This document shows positions 32,742-39,487 of a stretch of 39,487 nucleotides of DNA, one piece after another. Made by a program: the position numbers and the translations under genes. Each line of letters begins with the position of its first letter. The stretch's first letter is position 1. The notes beneath the pieces are model-generated. The model searched no databases, had not been told where the DNA came from, and saw nothing but the letters and a program-made list of their open reading frames with translations. This DNA comes from Pseudobdellovibrionaceae bacterium. Its GTDB lineage: Bacteria; Bdellovibrionota; FAC87; UBA2466. The DNA is taken from assembly GCA_023250715.1 (NCBI GenBank), contig JAHFAF010000012.1, forward strand, positions 1-39,487, written 5' to 3'.

Positions 32742-33694
32742 TCCGCCCTTTCAGCCATATTAATCACCGTATCTAGCATGATATTTCTGGACTGCTCTTC
32801 GATATACTTCAGCTCAGCCCGGAAGTCTCCGGCGGTAAAATACCGGATGTAGCCATCCGAATTTAAAAACCACTGCGAAATTACCCCCCCTGCGACCCTG
32901 GATACGCTCACGTTTACCGTACGCCCACTGGCCAGAACGTCCTCGACATTCACTGGAAACTTAATGGTGGAGGGAGTAGGAATTGTCCCTCCTTCAAGAA
33001 AAAATTCTTCAAGGCCGTCTTTTTCACGCGTTTCAAACTTCTGTTCCGCGTAGTACCCGAAGCCCGTTAGAAACCCCAAAAGTTCCGGACCCCGTACCGA
33101 GATTAGTCCTCGCATGGGGGAACTCTCAATTTCATCCTCCTCCGGCAAGGGTTTGTCCGTCTTTATATCGTAAGGAATGAGATCAAGAATGAAGTAAAAG
33201 CCCCCATGCTTATTCGCATACTGTTTCGCATGAAGGATGGAGCTCCGTAACTTTTCAAACGTAGATTTGAGTTTGCTTGAACTTTTTTCGGCCACCTGAC
33301 AAGAGCCATTCGATATATACCAAACCTCCTTCGCGGCCGTGCCCTGAATTACCCGCTTCTCGGTCTTTTGAGCGGTACAAGGACCGCAAAGAGAAACAGC
33401 GTCAATCCACGAGCTGCGCGCCGAGATCGTATGCTTCTCCTGCGCCTCAACGGCGGATGCCTCCCCCTCTTGCTGGAGAGTTTTTAACTTCTGCTTTTCC
33501 GCATCCAAAGCGACCCGTTTTTCCTCCAGGGTCTTTCGGCATTCCGGATTCTCCATCCGGGCCGCAAAAAACTCGCGAGAGGTTTTTCCACCGGTAAGAA
33601 CCAGATCCACACCGGGTTCCGGAATTTTCGGCTTGTCCAAAGCGGTGGCGGAAGTTGAAACCAATACCCAACCCAAAACTACAAATAAACGCAT
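32738..33694 (-). CDS. Secreted hypothetical protein with coiled coil and CxxC
   Basis: ATG 33694 gives the signal peptide MRLFVVLGWVLVSTSATA; heptad region; SLCGPC. Confidence 0.7.
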   Translation of the reverse strand: MRLFVVLGWVLVSTSATALDKPKIPEPGVDLVLTGGKTSREFFAARMENPECRKTLEEKRVALDAEKQKLKTLQQEGEASAVEAQEKHTISARSSWIDAVSLCGPCTAQKTEKRVIQGTAAKEVWYISNGSCQVAEKSSSKLKSTFEKLRSSILHAKQYANKHGGFYFILDLIPYDIKTDKPLPEEDEIESSPMRGLISVRGPELLGFLTGFGYYAEQKFETREKDGLEEFFLEGGTIPTPSTIKFPVNVEDVLASGRTVNVSVSRVAGGVISQWFLNSDGYIRYFTAGDFRAELKYIEEQSRNIMLDTVINMAERAD

Positions 33695-33702
33695 CTTTCG
33701 GC

Positions 33703-34527
33703 TTATAAAGGGTAGTGGTTTAGAAGCCAATCTTTAAAGCTACGCGCTAATAACACCTTAGATCCTCGAATCGTGGTACGTGGAAAAAGCCGGTACATTC
33801 GAAGCATTAGCCGTCCATTCCAGGTGGGGAAAACCTCGGCCTCCCCCCGGGCAAGTGCAGCCAAAATCTCCCGGGCGACAGTATTCGGAGAAACGAGTGC
33901 CCACTCGAGCCATTTGGGAAAACCAAGAGTCTGCCCCTTTGCCAAAATCGACGTATTTACGAATCCAGGAGAGACGAGACTAAGTTTCACGGAGGAACCC
34001 GAAAGACGGAGCTCTTCTCTCAAAGCGCGAGTGAAACCTACTACCGCATGTTTGGTGGCTACATAGGCAGACATGAAAGGGGGGGCCAAATGCCCTGCAA
34101 CGGAAGCAACATTTACAATTCTTCCCTTCCCACGACTCTCCATATCTTTGAGAGCAAGACGAGTTCCCTTCACCACGGCTTGCAAATTAATTTCAATCAC
34201 GCGATCAAATTGCTCCCCGGTAAGTTTCTTGAATTCCCCAAGCCCAGAGACACCGGCATTATTGATCCAAACATCCACCGGAGAGGCCTCTCTAAGAGCT
34301 CTTTCCAAGGTAGTCTCCTCGGAAACATCTCCGACGACAGGATGAACTTTTTGCCCAAGCTTGCGAGCTTCTCTTTCCCACGCAACAAGGCCGATTTCAT
34401 CGAGGTCCACCGCCCAGACCTCCGCACCCGCTTCCAATAGCTTTTCCCCGAGCGCTCGCCCTATCCCGCCGGCCGCTCCGGTGATGACGACTCGCCGTCT
34501 TTGAAAGGCCTTACCAATTTTGCTCAT
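33703..34527 (-). CDS. Short-chain dehydrogenase/reductase
   Basis: TGAAGGIG, NNAG, NVAS, YVATK. Confidence 0.95.
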   Translation of the reverse strand: MSKIGKAFQRRRVVITGAAGGIGRALGEKLLEAGAEVWAVDLDEIGLVAWEREARKLGQKVHPVVGDVSEETTLERALREASPVDVWINNAGVSGLGEFKKLTGEQFDRVIEINLQAVVKGTRLALKDMESRGKGRIVNVASVAGHLAPPFMSAYVATKHAVVGFTRALREELRLSGSSVKLSLVSPGFVNTSILAKGQTLGFPKWLEWALVSPNTVAREILAALARGEAEVFPTWNGRLMLRMYRLFPRTTIRGSKVLLARSFKDWLLNHYPL

Positions 34528-35350
34528 CGATCCACTCCGCCCCCTTTGGGGTCACAAGTAAAATCTCTTCGAACTTCGCCCCGAAATATTGGGTTCCCAA
34601 ATGAGGTTCGATCGCCCAAAGCCCTACCCAATCCCCTTCGAACTGCGGACCAAGAAGTTGGCCGAAAAGGCCCCGCGACGTCAGCTCCCAATAAGATTGC
34701 CACCCGAAATTCCAAAATTTGAAACGCCTGGCCTTTTCAGAAGTCCGGTGCACCCGATGGCCCAATACGGAAAACGGGTATTTCTGGTGGATATTCTCGT
34801 AACCCTTTTCTTTGATTTTATCGTCGATAATACGCCAGAGATCCCCACCCAGAATCCATTCGGGAATTCCCGCTCGAAGTTCCTCTAAAAAAGCCCGCGC
34901 GCGTTGAAACTCCGGATTCGAGCCCAAGCTCGCCGTGTAGCCGATATCGCAGATAAAACCTTTGAAGACCGGCGCAACATCCAAAATGAAAACTTCGCCT
35001 GGCAGAATAATTCTCTTGGAAGGCGAGTACTCGGCATAGGTCCGAATTCCGTAGAACCGCGTTCTTTCCCCGAACCAGGCAAATGGGTGATGGAAAAATC
35101 CGTTTACTCCGTGGTCGCCCAGGTAGGTGCCGACGAGCTCGGCCGCCTGCTTCTCTGTCCAGCCTTCGCGGATCATCGCCCCCACTTCTTTTACCGCTTC
35201 CTGCGCTAACCGCTGTGCCGAGCGAAACCCAGCGACGGTCTCGGCGTCGGGGACCGAATTCACGGGAGGAGCATATCTTCGGAAAAGGGGAAGAGCGGTG
35301 ACTCGTGAAGCTCTACGAAGAAAGGGCTCCAATCTCAGATCTGTTCTCAA
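34511..35350 (-). CDS. M24 (pita-bread fold) metallopeptidase-like protein
   Basis: LDVAPVFKGFICDIG (D, D), LGHRVH (H), AIEPH (E), KFEEIL (E). Start codon uncertain. Confidence 0.85.
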   Translation of the reverse strand: MRTDLRLEPFLRRASRVTALPLFRRYAPPVNSVPDAETVAGFRSAQRLAQEAVKEVGAMIREGWTEKQAAELVGTYLGDHGVNGFFHHPFAWFGERTRFYGIRTYAEYSPSKRIILPGEVFILDVAPVFKGFICDIGYTASLGSNPEFQRARAFLEELRAGIPEWILGGDLWRIIDDKIKEKGYENIHQKYPFSVLGHRVHRTSEKARRFKFWNFGWQSYWELTSRGLFGQLLGPQFEGDWVGLWAIEPHLGTQYFGAKFEEILLVTPKGAEWIDEQNW

Positions 35351-36182
35351 AAAACTCCCCTAGAAGCCGGTTCACCCGTTGAGGGTCAACCCGGTGCAGC
35401 CAATGATTACCTGGGAGTATACGGCAGGTAAAGTGCGCGGCGAAAGGTCGAAACTCTTCGTAATTGGGAGGAGCCAGAAAGGCGTCCTTTTCCCCCCATA
35501 AGACAAGAACCGGGCAATTTACCGATGGAACGGGATTGCGAAGTGCCCGAGGCAACTCTTTCGCAAATTCACGGTACTGCTGGAGCGGAGCTTCAAGACA
35601 CTCCTGGACCTGTTCCTTCTGCAAAGCAATCGATTCCGGAATCTCGCCCAATTGATGGGCTACTCGTAAGAGTGTCTTTGGAAAAAATTTTACGGCGAGC
35701 TCAGGAACCCGTGGCATCTGGAAAAAATAGATGTACCAGGATTTGAAAAGTTGATGGGGCCGATTGATCCGCCGGGCCATCACAGGAAGTGGAAGGCCGT
35801 TCATCAATACGAGCCCTTTCAATCTATCGCCGAGATAAAGCGCCAGATTCGACGCATGCACGGCCCCCAGATCGTGGCCTACGCAATAGATCGGCCGCTT
35901 TCCCTCAGGATCGACTCGATTTAGGACCTGCAATAGATCGAGCGCCGAGGCCTTAAGACCAAAGCGGTCTTTCTTGGAGCTATTTTCCGAGGGGCCGGCC
36001 CCGCGCGTGTAGGGGCAAATCACCTCATAGCGGGACTGAAAATGTTCGGCCTGAAATTGCCAGGTCTCCGGGGAATCGGGAAAGCCGTGAAGAAAAAGAA
36101 GAATGGGATGGGAAGAATTCCCGGATCGCCACCAAGCGGTACGAAGGCCCCGTAGACGCGCTATTTCCAAATGCCCCGTCAT
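35313..36182 (-). CDS. Epoxide-hydrolase-like alpha/beta hydrolase
   Basis: LHGFPD oxyanion motif, GHDLG Asp nucleophile, SWYIYFFQ cap, WGEKD, NHWLH. Confidence 0.9.
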   Translation of the reverse strand: MTGHLEIARLRGLRTAWWRSGNSSHPILLFLHGFPDSPETWQFQAEHFQSRYEVICPYTRGAGPSENSSKKDRFGLKASALDLLQVLNRVDPEGKRPIYCVGHDLGAVHASNLALYLGDRLKGLVLMNGLPLPVMARRINRPHQLFKSWYIYFFQMPRVPELAVKFFPKTLLRVAHQLGEIPESIALQKEQVQECLEAPLQQYREFAKELPRALRNPVPSVNCPVLVLWGEKDAFLAPPNYEEFRPFAAHFTCRILPGNHWLHRVDPQRVNRLLGEFFENRSEIGALSS

Positions 36183-37180
36183 ACGGCGGTTAGAGTCAAG
36201 GAAGGTTGCGGGTAGGGAATGCCGAAAACGCCGAGGCGCTGTGCCTCAAGGAGAGTTTGCGTGTGGTGACGCGTATTCAGAAGAACACTCAAATAAGGCG
36301 CTGAAACGAATAATCGATGAATCACGCTGGGCCAGGATAGGGAATCAAAGAGAGGAATACAACTGGCAAGCGTTTCGAAGAACGGGTGCACTCCCCTCAA
36401 CTCACGCACCCTAAAAAATTTCTGAAGCTCAGCCAAAACCCACCCCGATGTAAAACATTGCGCTGTCAGGAGATCGGTTTTTGCCAGCAGTGCCTGCTTC
36501 ATCCCTCCTCGTGCGCGGCCCATGAGCTCCAGCATAAGAAAGGCATAATTTCTATGGCGCGATTCTTCCTCGAGATGCCTTAAGTGAAGTTCATGATAAA
36601 GCGGATCCACCAATTCCTTTGAGCGGTGGAGCTCTTTGTAAAGTTGAATAGAAACTTCCTCGACGGTGGCTACCGTCCACCAAAACGCTCCTCCGCCTGC
36701 TTCGGAGTTTTTCAAAATCGTATGCAAGTACCAAGAACCCCAGGTTTTGGGTAACAGCTTCTCTACTAAATCTGGACTGAGCCCCATTTGCTCGCAAAAG
36801 AGATCATTGAACCTGCGAAAAGCGAGAGAATGCTTTTCCTCTTCTTCAAAGAAGAGAACACCTAGCTCCTCCATTTCGGGATTAATGGGATAGGAGCGAA
36901 GGACTCTCGCCCACGCGGGATCTCGCATTTTATTAATGACCGATTCGGTTTCGGCAATCATGGAATTAATGACGAGTCCCAACCACTGCGAGAGAGCCAG
37001 GCGTTGCTCGCCGCTTGCGCCGGGAAAAGCTATCGCGTCCGCATCGAGCGGAAGAAAGGAGCGAGTAAGATCAATACCGCCACCCCAGGAAATACTATCC
37101 TCTAAGTGCCATGCATGCCTTCGCTGGCTCTTGACCTGAGATTGCAGCTTTTGTTCGTCGAACGGGTTCCATCCCGCCAT
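36179..37180 (-). CDS. Ferritin-like diiron protein (AurF/CmlI N-oxygenase-like or 'metal-dependent hydrolase' family)
   Basis: AETE...EEEEKH...VEE...HLRHLEEESRH, a four-helix diiron ligand pattern. Confidence 0.8.
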   Translation of the reverse strand: MAGWNPFDEQKLQSQVKSQRRHAWHLEDSISWGGGIDLTRSFLPLDADAIAFPGASGEQRLALSQWLGLVINSMIAETESVINKMRDPAWARVLRSYPINPEMEELGVLFFEEEEKHSLAFRRFNDLFCEQMGLSPDLVEKLLPKTWGSWYLHTILKNSEAGGGAFWWTVATVEEVSIQLYKELHRSKELVDPLYHELHLRHLEEESRHRNYAFLMLELMGRARGGMKQALLAKTDLLTAQCFTSGWVLAELQKFFRVRELRGVHPFFETLASCIPLFDSLSWPSVIHRLFVSAPYLSVLLNTRHHTQTLLEAQRLGVFGIPYPQPSLTLTAV

Positions 37181-37205
37181 GTCTTAATGTTATAGCTACC
37201 GCATC

Positions 37206-38591
37206 ATGGACGAACTACGCACCGCATTCGATCCCGAACAATTCCGACGGCACGGCCACAAACTAGTGGACCACTTGGCCGACTACTTGAATGGAGTCCT
37301 AGAGGGCAAGGGCCCGGTACACCCTTGGATAGAACCGGAAAAGAGACTGGCAAATTGGCCCAAGATCGAAACTCCAGCACCGAACTTGAGCCAAATTTTT
37401 TCCGATCTCATCGAGCAAAGCCAGCATTTGCATCACCCCTCCTACGTGGGACACCAAATGGCAGTGCCCCTTCCCCTAACGGCTCTAGCCGATCTCGCCA
37501 CATCGGTTTTGAACAATAGTAGCGCCATTTACGAGATGGGCCCCTCAGGCGTTCTCATCGAAAAGAGATGCCTCGAATGGATGGCGAAAACTCTGGGTTA
37601 CAGTCCCGAAGCGGACGGCGTCTTTACTTCCGGTGGGACATTGGGAAATCTCACGGCCCTCTTGGCCGCCCGCCAAAAAAAGGGCGGGGGAAATTGTTTC
37701 CTCGTTTCCGATCAAGCGCATTACTCCATTGATCGGGCGGTAAAAATCATGGGGTGGGGTGAAGAGGGGCTGGAAAAAGTCCCGGTCGATGAGAAATTCA
37801 AGATGCGGGTCGAAGCACTCGAGCCGACACTTCGCAAAGCTCGCGATGCGGGAAAGAGAGTCATCGGCATTAGCGCCAATGCCTGTTCGACTTCGACCGG
37901 ATCGTTTGATCCGCTGCCCGAAATAGCAGCCTTCGCAAAAAAACAGGGCCTTTGGTTTCACGCGGACGGTGCGCACGGGGCGGCCACTTGTTTGAGTGAA
38001 AAATACCGCTCCCTAGTAAAGGGAATCGAGCAGGCCGATTCCGTTGTGTGGGACGCCCACAAAATGCTCATGGTCCCGGCCCTCACTACAGCGGTACTCT
38101 TCAAGGACGGAACGGACTCCTTCGAGACGTTTTCCCAGGAAGCCTCTTACCTATTTCAGAAAAGCGCCCGAGAGGAATGGTACAACCCCTGCCATCGTAC
38201 TTTAGAATGTACGAAGAGAGACTTTGCCTTTCGCCTCTACCTAGTATTGCGCGCATATGGGCAAGGCCTGTTCGCCGATTACGTGACCCGGCAATATGAT
38301 CTGGCCCGAGCCTTCGCGAGAAAGCTCGAGGATACGGATGACTTCGAAATAGCCATTAAGCCAGAGTCCAATATCGTGTGCTTTAGATATACGGCAATGA
38401 AAAGTGCGGACTTGGATAGCTTTCACACCCAAGTCCGTAAGAAAATAATTGCGTCAGGAAAAACTTATCTGGTGCAGGCACAACTCCCCAAGGGAGTTTA
38501 TCTGCGCACCACAATAATGAACCCCTTCACGACGGAAGAGGTTCTTGAAAATGTGATCCAGGAAGTGCGAGCTGAATTCGAGAAGCTCTAG
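37206..38591 (+). CDS. Group II PLP-dependent amino-acid decarboxylase (DABA/lysine/aromatic decarboxylase-like)
   Basis: HHPSYVGHQ, FTSGGTLGN, AHYS, WFHADGAHG, WDAHK (PLP lysine), NIVCFR. Confidence 0.95.
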   Translation: MDELRTAFDPEQFRRHGHKLVDHLADYLNGVLEGKGPVHPWIEPEKRLANWPKIETPAPNLSQIFSDLIEQSQHLHHPSYVGHQMAVPLPLTALADLATSVLNNSSAIYEMGPSGVLIEKRCLEWMAKTLGYSPEADGVFTSGGTLGNLTALLAARQKKGGGNCFLVSDQAHYSIDRAVKIMGWGEEGLEKVPVDEKFKMRVEALEPTLRKARDAGKRVIGISANACSTSTGSFDPLPEIAAFAKKQGLWFHADGAHGAATCLSEKYRSLVKGIEQADSVVWDAHKMLMVPALTTAVLFKDGTDSFETFSQEASYLFQKSAREEWYNPCHRTLECTKRDFAFRLYLVLRAYGQGLFADYVTRQYDLARAFARKLEDTDDFEIAIKPESNIVCFRYTAMKSADLDSFHTQVRKKIIASGKTYLVQAQLPKGVYLRTTIMNPFTTEEVLENVIQEVRAEFEKL

Positions 38592-38594
38592 GGT

Positions 38595-38924
38595 CTACCA
38601 CCAGTAAGGGCGACCAAAGAGAACTCTGCCCGTGAAGCGAACCGCTCTGAAGCCAGCCCAAAATGCCCGGCGACCGAGTCCGAAGGCCAAGCGGCCCGCG
38701 AACCAGCCCGCTCTGCGAACAGGGGCGAAGCATCCGGGTCCCACTCCACCAATGGGGCAAACGGGACGGTAAGGATAAAACGGGCGAGGCCCATAGAATC
38801 CACCGGAGCGAATCGAAAGATTCAGGTTAAAACTGGAAGCGTGGCCACCAGCCCGCGCTTCAGTCGGCAAGACCGCGCTTACCATAAAAAGAGCCAAGAG
38901 GAAGGACACTACCAACTTTTTCAC
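38595..38924 (-). CDS. Small secreted Arg/Gly/aromatic-rich cationic protein (109 aa)
   Basis: GGAGG RBS at 38933..38937, GTG 38924, signal peptide MKKLVVSFLLALFMVSAVLPTEARA, upstream sigma54 box. Confidence 0.8.
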   Translation of the reverse strand: MKKLVVSFLLALFMVSAVLPTEARAGGHASSFNLNLSIRSGGFYGPRPFYPYRPVCPIGGVGPGCFAPVRRAGWFAGRLAFGLGRRAFWAGFRAVRFTGRVLFGRPYWW

Positions 38925-39015
38925 GACAAGAACCTCCGCAATTACAGCACACAAATCCATCAAGTGCCTGAAGACAATCTCCAGACAACCATGTCCCAAG
39001 CTCAACAAAAATTAG

Positions 39016-39030
39016 AGCAAGCTGTGTGCC
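39016..39030 (-). promoter_or_regulatory. sigma54 (-24/-12) promoter
   Basis: Minus strand TGGCAC-ACAGC-TTGC is an exact consensus match. Confidence 0.85.
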
Positions 39031-39184
39031 AGGAATTTAAGCAGTACGATTCAACGTAATGGGGTGCGAAGTGCCAAAAAACGCCACGACAGTTGTTTAG
39101 GGATAAGTCGTATTCATTCGGGCTACTTAATCCCGACAATTCTCTCACTATGGGAAACTTCTTTACCGGGACAGAATGAATCAC

Positions 39185-39487
39185 ATGAAACACCTCTCTC
39201 TACTTATGATCCTCTGGTCTTTGACCACAAACGCAAACTCATATGGCGAGTTCTCCACCCAATACACGCTTGGCTCGGGGAAGACGGCGAAGATCCTAAT
39301 TTTCTCCCCGACAAGCTCCTCAGCGCACCTGCCAATTTTCATTTGGGTTCACGGGACCAATTGCAAATACGACGATTCCATTTCGAGGGGAATTTTGGCC
39401 TCCTTTGCCGAGCGCGGTCTCGTTTCGGCGAGCATCGAGTACGCGGATGGCTATCTCGCGGGAAACAGCTGCAACGTCGTTCAGCCG
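39185..39487 (+). CDS. Secreted alpha/beta hydrolase, runs off the right edge
   Basis: Not in the ORF track. MKHLSLLMILWSLTTNA...LPIFIWVHGTNC...FAERGLVSASIEY is open to the window end. Confidence 0.7.
   Translation, partial: MKHLSLLMILWSLTTNANSYGEFSTQYTLGSGKTAKILIFSPTSSSAHLPIFIWVHGTNCKYDDSISRGILASFAERGLVSASIEYADGYLAGNSCNVVQP

Overview
Bacterial chromosomal window; gene content and style suggest Bdellovibrionota/Oligoflexia (inference). I found no rRNA, tRNA, CRISPR array or transposase. The left third (minus strand) is a three-gene surface-display locus: a TPR-like/~10-strand outer-membrane barrel gene behind a sigma28-type promoter, a 3572-aa lipoprotein (lipobox, one ASH/choice-of-anchor-D Ig domain, 30 IPT/TIG domains, 14 Kelch blades) behind a near-consensus sigma70 promoter with a palindromic operator, and a SurA/PrsA-like lipoprotein foldase that the ORF track missed. 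Next come a DEAD-box helicase, msrB and a DEDDh exonuclease. A six-gene minus-strand cluster follows, made of two secreted orphans, a TPR/double-HTH regulator, a trypsin-like protease with a (GGGDGV)3 hinge and two RCC1-like paralogues. The middle holds an M16 peptidase pair, a frameshifted secreted-protein gene, SprT/DUF2786, an alpha/beta hydrolase, DUF4360, a palindromic REP/MITE-like element, and a secreted MsrB coupled to an OmpR regulator facing a histidine kinase. The right end has a diiron oxygenase/epoxide-hydrolase-like/M24/SDR operon divergent from a PLP decarboxylase, and a sigma54-driven secreted Arg/Gly/aromatic-rich peptide. The best candidates for an undescribed system are the barrel-giant lipoprotein-chaperone locus, the regulator-embedded secreted cluster, the diiron/decarboxylase cluster and the cationic peptide. 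All family calls come from motif reading; no searches were run.
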